DNA of 64,000 nt from Epiperipatus broadwayi (GCA_028023455.1 JAQFVV010000005.1:11222001-11286000), one strand, 5' to 3'. Positions 1-13,239 are shown, numbered from the stretch's first letter. Numbers and translations: made by a program. Notes: generated from the sequence alone by a model not told the origin.

Positions 1-679
1 TTGATTTTGCCTTGATGTGAAAATTTCATGATTAAATTGTACTTGTCAATGGATATATAAATGTTTTTGTACAGATTTTGCTTTTAAAATAACTAGATCA
101 TTGATTAATGACATGTTAATACAGTCAACAAATATCAATAATTGTTATTTTAAAATATTAAATTATTGTGTGTATTCAATTTTGTTTTCCAATCTTGTGC
201 ATGCTATAGTTATTAAATAAATGGATAATCAAAACATTTGCCTAAAACTTTTTTTTTTTTAAATAATATATTGATCAATATAGAATTGCAGTGTTATTTT
301 TAATATAATACTAAATAAATATCAATAAATATTTTAATTTTTTCATATAATTAATACATTTCTGTTAAAATGATTTTTTTTCTTTCATGGCTCATTTTTT
401 TAAAGTTATTTAAACAAAGAATAGTTTTAAGTTGTTTCTACAGTTGCAATTTTAAATATACTTAAAACTACTATTTCACTACATGTACTTGAGTTACATG
501 AATATAAAACTTTATCATTATGAATGATCCAAGATGCTTTTCTGTCTGAACCTGCATTTTTAAATTCAACCATATTACAATATTGCAAGTCTTCATCATC
601 TTTGTTCAGTATTGATCAATATCAAACTATTGTCACTTAACCTATAAGTGGCAAATTTACCACTGATATCCCTTTAAAT

Positions 680-983
680 CAGGGATCCCCAACCCTATGC
701 CTGCGGGCACCATGGCACCCGCAGACCATTTTACGTGTGCCCGCCGCTATGCGAACACGATAAAAAATTATTCGATACAAATAAATTTAATTTTTAAGAT
801 TTCTTATAAATTATTGTATTATATTGTAATCAAATTGTAGGTCATACTATACTTTTACAGTGTAAAAGGGTCTGTCATTAACAATATCCAACTATAAATT
901 TACTTTGAAAAAATAAATGGTGCCCGCCACCTAGCCAGTATTATAGAATGTGCTCTTAAGTACAAAAAGGTTGGGGACCGCTG
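680..983. mobile_element. hAT (Buster/Charlie-type) MITE, family H1 copy 1
   Basis: TIRs CAGGGATCCCCAACC / GGTTGGGGACCGCTG; 8-bp TSD ctttaaat (672-679) / ctttagat (984-991) with TA at positions 4-5; internally homologous to 59712-60067. Confidence 0.9.
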
Positions 984-3049
984 CTTTAGATAAATATATT
1001 AATGATTATTACAAGTCATTTATTGGTCTATAGAGTATACTATTTTTAGCTCATATATAAACTTCAAACTTAATTGAGGATTAATGAATTTTTAATTAAA
1101 TATGACCACTTATTAATTTAACTTTATCTCTCACCTCCATGTGTAATATTTTTAAATGTATTTAAAATTGTTATTTTACTACCCATACTTCAAATACATA
1201 AATAAATATATCTGAAAAAGTAAATGAGACCCAAGGTGCATATCCAGCTGAACCAACATCTTTTAACTGGTCCATATCACAACCTCATTTGTTATGATTT
1301 TTTCAGTACAATATTTATTAATATTAAATTACTACAACTTATTCTGCAAGTACAAAATTTCTTGTTTTCATTTTAATATTTTTTAAATATATTAATGATT
1401 GTTTAATAATAGTATATATATTAATCTGTAATTAAGTTTTAAGTTTATATATCAGTTTGAAAGTGACATAATAATGTTAAACTTAATAAATGACTAGCAA
1501 TAATCATAAATTTAATCATCTAAAAAGAAATTTGAAAGTAGATATTTTAGATATTAACATGCTATATTAATATACACTACTTAGTGCACTATTTAAAAAA
1601 AATGTAAATAAAATAAAAAAGACATTAAAATTTAATACATTTTATGATTTGGCAGCAGCCATTTTTCTGTCTCAGAGTGCCATATGAGATCTAATTTAAA
1701 AACCATTAAAATTTGTAAATTTAATAAATACAATATGGCAATAACCATTTTTCCATCTAAGAGTGCTGTACACAAATATATTTATTAGTAACATTTTTTT
1801 GACCTGTGTTTAAAGCATTTTTTAAAATTTGATTTACAGTATTTTGTGCTATAAATGTTTTCTAACCATAATAATAAGTTGCTATGGATTTAAACTATCA
1901 AGACAACTATAATGGACATAGTGTGATAATAAGAATGTTATTATTTAATTGGAGTTTTAATCAATTTATTTAAAAAAAGATATAGTACATAAGTTGTTTT
2001 ATTCTTTAAATCAATGTGAATGAGTAAACACATGCATAGTATATATTTATGCAAATGTTCTTCAGTTTATTATGAAAAACTATATAATTATTTTTTAATT
2101 TTATTAATATGATAATCTTAATTTATATTTGCATTCTATACATATAAAAAAGTATCTGTTTTATATATGTGTGTATTGAAAAGTATTGTACACTTGCAGG
2201 TTAATATGCAATATGTAGTCTATTGTAATCAAAGTTTATCAACAAAATGAATTACATGAGATGTATATGGCAGAAGGGGTTGAAACAAAATATAATGAAT
2301 ATCATGGTTCCCTTTAAATCTAGCATCATGAAAAATTTTGATGAAAACAAGCAGTATTTAAACTTAACTTTCTTCTTATATGGAATTAAATAAAAGATGG
2401 AGAAAGAATAGTAATCATATAATGTATCATTGTTTTGTAGTACAAGATATATAATCGAGTACATTGACCAAGTTTATAATAAATGAGTACCATTAATTGC
2501 AATTTAACATTGCTTTATACCTTTTTTGACATTATTTTAGCATTTCAATCTTAGAACTGCATTATAATTTTTTATTTGTATTACAAACTTATAATTATTT
2601 ATTTAATATAGAAAAATAATAAATGCTACCACTTGTACATTAGTTTATACATGATGTTGTTGAAATGTGAATAAATATTTTTAATCTCATTATCAAATTG
2701 GAAAGATTACAACAGCAAGTTTAGTTTTTAAAAGGAAAGGAAAATGTAGTAATGATTTTAATAATTATAGACCAGTATTATTCTCACTAAGGTACAAGTT
2801 TTTCTTATATGTTATTGCAAATATGCAAACAATTTAAACAATAAAAAACATGTAATATTGTAAGTTAGAAAAGATTTGAAAAAAGATTTATTATAATTAT
2901 TGGAAAAATTAGACAATACAATTATATATATATATTAACTGGAAGATTATGAATCAGATAGGATATCAGTGACAGTTTGTCCATCATTTTGTACAGGTTA
3001 TTTTTAAGAGAATTAGAAAATAAATTTAAGATGAAATATAAAATATGTA

Positions 3050-3291
3050 AATAAGATTTGCACTAATGATGCATACACACACAAAGCTGAATTTTTAAAT
3101 TCTTTATATATTACAATAATACTAAGTAAATATGTATAAGTGTGGCTGAGCGCTTGCTATGACTATGAGGGCTGTGGCCCTTGAAAGTGCTCAGCCACAC
3201 TTATACATATTTACTTTGTATTATTGTAATATATAAAGAATTTAAAAATTCAGCTTTGTGTGTGTATGCATCATTAGCGCAAATCATATTT
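3050..3291 (+). mobile_element. Foldback element with a hammerhead motif at its centre (Penelope-like/retrozyme-type, non-autonomous)
   Basis: About 105-bp near-perfect inverted arms (gatttgcactaatgatgc...gtggctgagcgctt / aagtgctcagccac...gcatcattagcgcaaatc) around a 3156-3182 core; tentative 13-bp TSD aatataaaatatg (3035-3047) / aatatagaatatg (3348-3360). Confidence 0.75.
3156..3196 (+). ncRNA. Minimal type I hammerhead ribozyme motif, A3-U8 core variant (CpG-decayed)
   Basis: gct-ATGACTA-T-GAGGGC tgtg GCCCTT-GAAA-GTGC-TC-agc. The mirror arm preserves AAGCGCTC, so helix III was the palindrome GCGC. Same core as the 58779-58825 copy. Confidence 0.65.
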
Positions 3292-4269
3292 ATATAGTAG
3301 TATTTAACCGCAATGTAACCGCAATGTTTAAACATCTCGCTTATTTCAATATAGAATATGAAATATCTAAAGCTAAATAAAATGAATTATCAGCATTGTT
3401 TTCTGCAACTGACTTTAGATTATTTTTGCTAATGTTAAAAAAGAGATGAATATATTATTTAATGTGCATGTTTAGAAAAAGAGAAAGTGTATTAAATTTA
3501 GTAAAGAAAATAGAAAAATACTGCACAGAAATGAAGCAAAATATGTATTTGGGAATCTGAAAAGTATTTGATAATAAAATTTTAAAAAATGAATGGTTAA
3601 AAAGTGATGGTAGTCATTTAATAGGTAGGTGCTCCTAGTACATTTGTTGACATTTGGGGTGGTATGGGCACTGAACCACTACTGAAAATACCAAGTAATA
3701 AATGTTGGTTCCCTCCTTTTTTAAAAATATTAATATAAAAATTAAGTAGTTTTAATGAATAAGTAATACCCCCCCCCCCAAACAACATTTGTATCAAGAT
3801 GTTTTAATATTCATAATAAAGATATAAATAAAGTTTCATTTTATTTTTAGAAAAAAAAAATCTGCAAGCATTATTAAAATATTTTTATTTTTTTGTATTT
3901 GCATTTCTAAGAAATAGTGGAAATAATAATAGTGATATGAATTGTGACAATTTTTACTTCATTTTTTAATAAACATATCAAATTTCAATATTCGTGACCT
4001 GTAATTGTAGAGAATAAAAAATATTTAATGCTTGTCTTTGTGACTTTGAAGTATGTTTAATATGGGGAGAGGAGGGGACTTGCTGTTATTTCTGCCTGCC
4101 AATCTGTGACAAATTGATGTTAATTCCCATCATTGAAAGAGAAAATGCTACCAGCTCAGTCATCAATTCCAATGAATGATCACTTTACAATGAACCCATT
4201 GGCATGGGATTTCATTCTTCATAACCTTATACTTTCACATGATCACCAGTTCATATATTTACAAAAAAC

Positions 4270-4735
4270 TGTTAATAAAAGTAAAAAAACTCTCATACAG
4301 CAGTGCATGCCTTAGTAATCAATGAAGGTACAAAGGTTTGTGTATAAAATCCCTATCTAGTGCCTACTCAATCATTATAAACAGATTAATTTTTAGCTTC
4401 TAGCTTTCATTAGTGAGGAGAATTGAATGTGGGAGCAGTGTACATAATAGATCTTAGGATCTAATGCAACCTCCAGCAGCCACCTTTTACATATTTAATT
4501 AATTACAAAGCTAGGAATCCAAGATGAAAACAATATTTTTAATCCTAGCTCATTCATCTGTATAGCAATATAGATCTGAATCCAATTCAGCATCTATACA
4601 TTTTGGTGTCTGGGATATTGGATGAATAGGCACTAGATAAGGATTTTATGCACAAACCTTCTTGGTTCATTGATTACTAAGGCTTACACTAGATGACAAT
4701 ACTGTATGGCAAGATTGTTACTGTTATTAACATTT
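4270..4735. mobile_element. Foldback element, family A (diverged copy)
   Basis: Inverted arms (ttagtaatcaatga...aaaatccctatctagtgcctactc / gaataggcactagataaggattttatgcacaaacc...cattgattactaag) homologous to the 33569-33925 element. Confidence 0.75.
4381..4420 (-). ncRNA. Degenerate hammerhead motif (family A)
   Basis: Minus strand ctcctca-CTAATGA-A-AGC tagaa GCT-A-AAAA-TTAA-TC-tgt aligns with the intact 33726-33767 motif; G5 and G12 are mutated to A, so it is probably inactive. Confidence 0.55.
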
Positions 4736-4979
4736 TATTGTTATAACTTATTTTGATTTTTCTTTTCATCTTGTTTATTTTTTTAATTATTTTGTACAAC
4801 TAACTTCATGTTTCTACATTTAATTCATATTTCTTTTTTTATTTATTTGTTTAATTATATCTCTAAATTTTTTAATCATCTGTCACCTAACATACTTTAT
4901 TTAATTTTGTTTAAAATTATTAACAATTTTCAAATGACATAAAGGTTTTTTTTTGCAAACAATTGAAGTCAAAAAAATC

Positions 4980-6100
4980 ACGGTGTGTGTATTCCCAAAA
5001 TACTACTATTGATAGTTTAAAAAGCTTTAGTTATTTTAATGAACACATATAGCAACTGCAATTTAAAATGTTAGGTGAAGGGGAGGGGATACTATTTTTT
5101 TCTGATTTGTTTCAACAAAATCTGCAAAATGTCTTAATTCAAGACTATCAAATTTATTAAAAAGAAATGATTTTTTATGACTGCTGTTTAACCAAAATAT
5201 GCAACAACAATGTCTTCTTTCAAAAGTAGGCGTCAAATATATTGCTTACTATCTTCACTAGTATTCAGAGACTGTTCAGTGGTTCCCCTGACCATATTAA
5301 TAATTTTTATTAATCATTCATTGAACTAGAGATTATTCACTTAATGAATAATAATAGTTCTGTGAGTTTTGCTACACCACCTTGCATGAGAGTGGCGTAG
5401 TGAAAATTACACTACAGAAATATTGTTCCCCTGAGTATCTCAAAATAATGCACAAATAAGTGTCTTATAAATGTTGCATTAGTTGATATTTAAAAATTAT
5501 TATTAACTTTGAATAAGATTGAGAATAAAATTGGAAAATATGCACTCTGAAAGGAAATGTAATCATCATATGAAACTATCCACATCAAATGAAAAAAACA
5601 TTTAATATTACCAATGTTATGAGCAGATTGCAAATGTTTAGATTACCATTTATGAATGGGAGCAAAAGTGATAAAATCATTTTTAATTGAAAAGAATGTC
5701 TGAGAAATTGGTTAAGACAGATATAAAAAAAATTAGACAATGAACATATACGAAAGTTGAGTGAATATTCTAAAAGAATATTAAACATATAGTAGTCATT
5801 TCGTAGTTCTGGGACATTTTTAGATTCTCGGGGAAAGAGACAAAACAGTCTCCAAAAATTGCTGAAGATACTAAAGTGATAAATTTGATGAAAACTTTTG
5901 AAAGAAGGCATTTTGGAGATTTTGATTAAGCAAAAGTCACACGGTAATCAATTTTGGTAAATCAACAGTTAAAAGGAAATTCGATTGTCTTTTTTTTTTT
6001 GCTAACATGTTAAAAAGTAATCGCTATTTGTTCAAAATTGTCTAAAGTTTTTTTTTAAAACAAATCGTAATATTATTTTGGAAAAAAAACTACACCAAAC
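4980..6100. repeat. Diverged inverted pair of repeat family C (arms about 4980-5300 and 5790-6100)
   Basis: ggtgtgtgtattcccaaaatac... and tgactgctgtttaaccaaaatatgc...ttctttcaaaa match the reverse complement of 5790-6100. Confidence 0.55.
5352..5424 (+). mobile_element. Miniature foldback, family B
   Basis: gagttttgctacaccacc...gtggcgtagtgaaaattacactacagaaatatt matches the outer arm end of 30951-31191. Confidence 0.55.
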
Positions 6101-6391
6101 CCCCATTTTGGGTTTTTTTATAGGTAAGAAAAACTCATTTGTCTCTTTAAAATTGTCAATATTTTTTGCCACTTCTTCAATGTAGTATTGTTTTCATTAA
6201 AACTCACATTTTGATCTAGAAATAAATTTTTTTTTTTTAATCCCCTCTACTTCCCACTACAATCTTACAAAAATGTCCATATGTCAATTTTTGATGTTTG
6301 ACACCTGCGTAAACACATGAATTAGATGCTTGACTTGAAAGCAGTGCTAAATCCTCAAAAATTAAGTTTGTATAAACAAAATATAGTAGAT

Positions 6392-6443
6392 TAAAGCAGG
6401 CAAAACTCTCCATACAGTAGTGATCATGTGATGTTAGTGGTTT
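6392..6443 (+). mobile_element. 52-bp family A derivative (inverted fragment joined to the 3' tail) with TSD
   Basis: gcaggcaaaactctccatacagtag (reverse complement of the family A arm) is fused to tgatcatgtgatgttagtgg (family A 3' end); 14-bp TSD aaaatatagtagat (6378-6391) / aaaatctaatagat (6444-6457) with 2 mismatches. Confidence 0.65.
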
Positions 6444-6561
6444 AAAATCTAATAGATGTTTGACTTTATTACTTTGACTTGAAAGTGGTGATAAATCTGA
6501 AAAAGAAAACATTACTCTGCCATTGTTCTGCTATTATTTGTTTATTAAAATAGTCTCAAGT

Positions 6562-6862
6562 TGTAATTATAAATTTATTTTAAACGCACATTATTATATT
6601 AAATCATTTTTTTAAGGCTGTAACCTCAAGAATATACGTCTGAAAAATGCGAAGGTAGGGACCTCTACAGGTCATAACCACAAGCTTACTCTGGTCTGAA
6701 AAATGCGAAGGTAGGGACCTCTACAGGTCATAACCACAAGCTTACTCAGAGTAAGCTTGTGGTTATGACCTGTAGAGGTCCCTACCTTCGCAGAGTAAGC
6801 TTGTGGTTATGACCTGTAGAGGTCCCTACCTTCGCATTTTTCAGACGTATATTCTTGAGGTT
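6562..6862. mobile_element. Near-perfect palindrome with a tandem duplication in each arm, flanked by a 12-bp TSD
   Basis: Palindrome 6615-6869 centred on 6748; a 43-bp core (gcgaaggtagggacctctacaggtcataaccacaagcttactc) occurs 4 times with 100% identity, 2 forward and 2 reverse; direct repeat atagtctcaagt at 6550-6561 and 6863-6874. Confidence 0.8.
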
Positions 6863-6874
6863 ATAGTCTCAAGT

Positions 6875-7110
6875 GTTTGTGTGGATTTTGGCTTCTGTTG
6901 TTTAACCAAAATCTGCAAAACAACATCTTAATTCAAAACTACACATCAAAGTTATTGAAACGATCGATTTCTTTCTGACTATTGTTTAACCAAATTTGTC
7001 AAAACAACATCTTCTTTCAAAAGTAGGTATCTAGTATTTGGAAATGTTTGGTGCCTCCCACAATTATCTAAAAAAAATGTCCCAGAGTGCCAACTAAATG
7101 ATTACCAGTC
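6875..7110 (+). repeat. Third copy of repeat family C
   Basis: aaaatctgcaaaacaacatcttaattcaaaacta...ttctttcaaaagtagg matches 5100-5235; aaatgtcccagag matches the reverse complement of 5800-5830. Confidence 0.6.
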
Positions 7111-7399
7111 ATACAGTGTGTGAAGTTTGGATAGAAAAAAAATTTGTAAATTAAAAAAAGAATGTTTTCAAAATTAAAAATATTATGAAATCAAATATTT
7201 TGTGTGATAGAAAATGATGAGTCTTTATTATTAAAGTGTACCGGTGTTAAAGAAAAAAAAAGATATTTAAAAATGAAGAGAGAGTCTGAGAAATGGGATT
7301 AAAAGGATAGAAATTAATGATAAGGATTTTATTATAAATACTGTACAGTATTCTATATAAATTCATAGACCAACACCTATTAAAGGTGACTTAGAATAA

Positions 7400-7950
7400 A
7401 TAATAACTGCAATACATCGCATCGCACAGACGTAATTAACGTACCAGTGATAAATCACCGCTGGTTATTTAAAATGTTAAAAACAAATTGTCTTATTTTT
7501 TTAAATATACTCTTTGTGAAAATATAATTAGATGTAGAACAGGTGAGATATTGTCTTACATGAATAAATAATTGCTATTATTTTTCTATTGTATATTTTA
7601 CCCTAATGTAAGATAGAGCAAAAAAATACATAACTTTTTTAGCTTATAGTTGGCCTTCACTTATAAAGCTAATTATTTTTTAATGTTATAGCGCAATAGT
7701 AAAGTGGCAGACTGTACTGTTCAAGGTTGATGGTTCGCCCACCATTATCATTTGCAGTATTCGAACTTCTTAACAATCGCCCGAAGATAAACCATTTGAT
7801 TAAAATTATTATTCATTTAAATTTATAGCGTATAACAATATACTGTATACATAAAATTCTCTTTCGGATAATAAATTACAGCAACTAAACAATAACATTA
7901 GATCATTATAGATGGTTGCCACTTTTCTAACAGATTTTATTATAACGTTA
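7400..7950. promoter_or_regulatory. Candidate promoter (CpG-retaining island) upstream of the + strand ZF ORF
   Basis: Cluster of CpGs (catcgcatcgcacagacg, caccgctg, tagcgc, ttcgccc, atcgcccg) in otherwise CpG-poor DNA, 5.3-5.8 kb upstream of 13240. Position-based inference only. Confidence 0.3.
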
Positions 7951-8219
7951 ATATTTAGAACTACATTTTTAACTTAAAAAATATTTTAATACGTAAATTG
8001 CATTTGTGCATAATTATAAATATCCAATTTAAATGATGTCAAAATAATGTCTAGAACAGAGATGTGCAGGGCAAGAACCACTTGTAATTCTCCAAATATC
8101 GCGGTCCACCATCTCCACACTACAATGTTATAATAATTACAAATAATATCAAAAAATTAAATTAATAAAAAATTAGTGTAAAATATAAATTCCAAGTAAA
8201 AAGCATGAAAATTTCTTAA

Positions 8220-9900
8220 ATTGTTGAAGAAATGTACTGCATGTAATACACTAATCTTGAATATCAGTACTTTTGCACAGGATTTTAAATAGTCTGTGAG
8301 ACAAGAACAGAATTTTGATCTAATTATATTCATTGTCGCAAAGATGGAGCTAAAATTTGTTGATATAAGTATATAACCTTATTAGACTCCAAAAATTATT
8401 TTTAGATTCTGAACAATGTGCTTTTAAATTTATTTCGTTAAATTTCAGGAGATTAATTTTATTTTCCTTCACAGATAAAGAAAATTATGTTTTCAATCAT
8501 TTGTTACATATCAACTATGACAAACAGATTACTCATGAAATTAACTTTATTTTCATCTACAAATTTTTTGGAAATGTCTCATATTTGGAGTGAAATATTT
8601 TCTCAATAGTTATCTTTGTTGAATGTCTTTTTATTATTGATAATTCATTAGAAATATTTTTAGCAACTGAACAGATACTAGCCTTGACTTATTTTTTAAA
8701 ATAGTAGCATATACGGTTAATTCAGTTATTGTTTCATTTCTTTCTTGCAATTATAAATTCAGTTCCTTAAGATGATTATTTATGTCACCAATCAAAGTTA
8801 ATCATGAAGTTCAACACATATTTTATCTCTTGACTTTAAAAACTCTTTTACTTCTTATAATAGATCTCTGAATCTTTGTAAAATTATTCCTTGATTTAAC
8901 CAATGAACAACTGCATGATATAATAATTCATCATACTCAGATTCATTTTCTTCTAATTGAGTCTGAAACATCTTTGAAAACCTTTTCCTCGAATGGAGTT
9001 TACAATTTTTGTGCAGATTTCCATAATATGATGTATATTTATAATTTTAGAATATAATGCCTACTGGTGAAAAATGCAATAATATGAAAGGAACTCTTCA
9101 TCTGTAGTACAAATTGCCAAAAATCCATTGATTGTTCCAATCAATCTTAGCACCCATCATTTGTCTTTGACACAACTTTATAAATTGAATTATTTTTTTC
9201 TATATATATTTTGAAAATTCATTAAAGGTAAAATTGTTAATAATTCTTTTGCATTCATATCTTTAAAAGCTATTTTTATAAAAATACAAAGCTGAGGAAT
9301 GTTAAATACATTGCCAGATTCATCAAACTGCAGAGTAAAAACAATTACAATTAGTCATATCTTCAGTTAGTTTTTTTTTTCTTTTCTCCGTTTGTCAAAG
9401 CATCGGCCGGGAAGTGAACCCGCAACTGCTTGCAAGGCAGCTGCATTGACCTCTCAGCTACCAATGCTTGACTTCAGTTGTTTGTAAAATAAATGACAGT
9501 TTTGCAGAAAAGTTGTATTTCTTTAATTGCGGAAATAATTTCATTTTTATTTTTGAATGAATCAAATAATGAATTGCTGACTTTTAGAGTGCTTTAATCA
9601 TTTCACCGTGTGTGCAAGATTTCTTGTATTTTGGTAACATATAGCTCATATGAAATGATGTAACTGTTAAAGATTTAGATGTAATAATAGGTTTAATAAA
9701 ATATGACTGTTGGCTGATTAATCATGACTTCAATTCTGTTGAATTTTATGTAATTTGCTTTTTATTGGAAAATCTTCATCAAAACTTACATGCATTGTTT
9801 TATGATGCCTTTTGAGCTTTCCTTTTTTTTTTTTTTTAACTTGTTTCAGATATTATACCCTTTGTTTAAAATATAATAAAATTTTCTTTTTGGAATTAAC
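8220..9900 (-). pseudogene. Degraded hAT transposase (Buster/Charlie/GTF2IRD2-like)
   Basis: Minus-strand translation gives LKRHHKTMH, QQSYFIKP, GEMIKA, NKNEIISAIKEIQL, LQFDESGNVFNIPQLCIFIKIAFKDMNAKE-LLTILPL, YYCIFHQ, HAVVHWLNQGIILQRFRDLL, ELNL*LQER and FATMNIIRSKFCSCLTD, with many stops and frameshifts; interrupted by a SINE at 9371-9473. Confidence 0.88.
9371..9473 (-). mobile_element. tRNA-Ala(TGC)-derived short SINE
   Basis: Minus strand agtcaa-GCATTGG TA GCTG agaggt CAAT..GCTGC cttgcaa GCAGT..GCGGG ttcactt CCCGG CCGATGC-tttgac...A-tail; TSD cttcagtt at 9361-9368 and 9472-9479; homologous to 50262-50360. Confidence 0.8.
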
Positions 9901-12900
9901 TATTTAAATGTATGCAGCTGCCGCAACAAAAAACACAGTTATTGGCTTCATGACTGATTGAATAAATTCAATGTTGTCTGAAGATAAATTTGCATATGGA
10001 AATAAAAATGAGAAAGGACAATGATTTGTGAAAAAGCAAGAACATTAATATGAAATATTTTTACCAGGAAAATCCAAATAGTAAATGGATGTAATAGAAC
10101 AAACAGATAAAAAGAAAATTGAGTTAGACATGTTAATAGATAAACAGATGGCAATAGTTTAAGAAAAATCTGAAATTGGATCTCAGGAGATTAAAAAGAG
10201 GTTTCATGGAAATATTCTGGAATAATACAAGAATCTGGAAATTGGATAGATCTTCATTAAATAGTGGATTAAAAATAAATTAAAATACTACTGATGATAT
10301 CAAAAGATACTGATTAAATATTAAAAATTCAATAAGAATTTTACATAATGAAATAAGTCTAATATGTCTGAAACATGTTATCAGATATTTATATTAGAGT
10401 TTCTGTTAAAATTATTGTGTAACACATTTTAAAATTGATTTAGTTATGTAAATTTAGGAGTAAAAGAGGAAATTTTTTATGCGTTTTTTATGACTGAGAT
10501 TTATTCAACAATGGTATAAAAGTACAACAGTTTTTCTTTTCAAATTAAATTTAAAAAGCAAAGCAGTGTTTCATCTTACAAACTCTAGAATGTATAAAGA
10601 CTTAGATTTCATTTCCTTTTAAGTTCTTGGCTAATATTTTTCTAAAAGTCATTAGTGATTCTGATATAAATTGATTGCTAGGTTGAAATTTATAGTAGAA
10701 TAGCATCTAGTTCAATAATATGTTTAAAAAATAATTTATTCTATGAGCTAAATTAAAATTAATTAATTTTATAATGATTAGTTTATCATATTCATAATAT
10801 TTTATCAACAATTACTGAATTCAAAGAGCTACCTTGAATCCAACTACAGCATTGTATTATATTTTGTTGATCTTAAAAGTTATGGCATCATTTATATATA
10901 TTTATTTCACCATTTAAAACAGATCTACCTACCAATAAGTGAATATCTTTGCTTGTTTCCTTTTTGTTGGTACTAGGTCTATTACATTTTTATGCTAGAT
11001 GTGACATTTTTTATTTTTAAAAAAACTATAAATTATGTTCACTGCTTGACTTAGAAATAGCCTCACTCAAAAGGAAATGCCAGTAGGATGTAAATAACTA
11101 GGTGTTACCTAGTAAGAAATGGCAATCATCGCAGCAGTGTAAGATATGAAGTGATTTGAGCTTATATCTTTAATAAATTATATTAAATTGAACAGAAGTG
11201 TAAAAAATTCAATGTGCAATAGTATTATCTAAGAATTATAGGCAATAAGGAGAGTAAACATAATGCTATCAGTATGTCTTATATTTATTTGATTGAAGAA
11301 ATGTCTATATTATCATGTTGTGATGCACATATTTTATTAATAGTGGCTATAAGAAGGTACTATCTTTCATAAAATAACTAGTGCTAGAAGTTATCAGCTT
11401 AGACATAGTCACCATATTCTTTTGTAATATATATATATAATGATATAATAATGTTATTGCAGAGAACCCATTAATTTTCAGCGAGTCATAGATTGGCACA
11501 TTCAACAATTCTTTGTACCTTGCCTTGATGAGCTCAGGAATAGCAGTTCCTCACAGCACCTATTATTTTCAATAACAAATTATTAATAATCTTCATCTTT
11601 ATTGGTAATATGATCACTGGATTAATTAAGATTTTGTAATAAAACAACTTTTTCTACAGATATTCTTTTTAAAGATGTCATCAGTTATATATTTGGAAAA
11701 AAAAAAAAAAAAATAAGGATTTTATAAAAAACGGATTAATTAATATTTGATATGTGTTATCTAAGTTGGTGTTTTATAGATATTCTCAAAGCTGTCATCC
11801 ACTTAAATGCCTGATGTGTACTATGTGAATATTAAAGACTTAATATTCAGTCATTATCTAAGTTTATGTTGTTGTCTTACTCTCCTTTTCTCACAGTCTA
11901 TGTAGTTGCCTTTTCTGTAGAAAATTTGATTCTTTTGTACATGAAAATACATTAATGCACGCTGCCAAAATCTCTTAGCTATGTTTACTAGAGTTTTTCT
12001 GGCCTGTTGCTTATCTTTTAAAATTTTTCCAGCAATCTTGCATGCATAAGGATTTATGACATTATAAACATTGAATTATTATACATGATCCACAAGATTG
12101 CTATCTTTATTATATTACATATCTTACTACATTGAAAATCTTGTAATAGGTACTGCTTCAATCATTTCTTTATCTCTATGTAATGTAACATTCTGTTTCA
12201 TGTATCTTATATATTTTTTCATTTGTTTCATTTTTTCCCGATAGAACAAGATATATAAACTTGATAATCTTTAATTGATTATGTCAGATATATTTTTTAT
12301 CACAATAGATATTTTTTTGTTTCTTTGATAGGTATTACATTGTTTCAAAATTTTAGATAATTTCATTTTTTGTCATAATAGATCTTATATTTTTTATTAC
12401 TTTGATAGGTGTTACATTGTTTCAAACTTTTAAACTACTCACTTATTATATTAAGTTATTTTAAGAAAATTATCCTTGTTTTTAATGTGCTAATGTATTT
12501 ATTGATTTTATTTATTTAGATTGGAAATGAATATTTTCTGAATAACTTGTCCTTGGGATCACCTGATTGATTAAATAGAATGCCCATGTGATATTAACAA
12601 TAATTGACTGTTGATTATTGTAATCATTGAGAAAATTATTTTCTTGTCATAGATTGTAGAAGACACAATCAAAGATCTAATCTTTTCTTATTATTAATAC
12701 TTTGGAAAGAATAAAGTGAACAATGATTATTATGTTTTGTGAATAAAGAGTATTAATCATTACCATTCATTTGTGGTCACCAAGATCTAATTATTTGTTT
12801 CTAGTAGATAGAAATATTTTAAAAACAGATGATTTGATTTTTACAACTTGATACTGGTAATAAAACATTCTCAAAATCATAAATATTAAATGCAGCACTG

Positions 12901-13239
12901 AGCTCGGTTTGAGGATCTTAAATTTGGAAATGACTTTCTTCTGAAAATTATACATTAAATATTTTATAGGAAATGTTTTACGATCTCAGTAAAGAGATAT
13001 AGCAAGATAGATGTATATGAATTTGAAAATTAACGGAATTTGAAACTGGCCATTGAAAGAAATTAATCCTAGTAATTAAAAATGTGTTATATGTTATTGT
13101 TATCTTAGTGTGAAGCAGCCTAAAATCATTTTTACTGTTAAAATAAGTGATGTAAAAAACATGACAGAACTCATATAGATAAAAAATCTAATGAATATAA
13201 TGCTTATAATTACAACTTATTTGAGAAAGAAAGAAAAAA

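Noticed and set aside
6615-6869. Hammerhead in the perfect palindrome (CTGTAGA-GGT ccct ACC; CTGAAAA)
   Set aside because: No GAAA follows the candidate helix II and helix I cannot be formed on either strand.
10291-10380. CTGATGA-TATC aaaa GATA and a downstream GAAA-CATG-TT
   Set aside because: The two halves are about 70 nt apart and helix I cannot join them.
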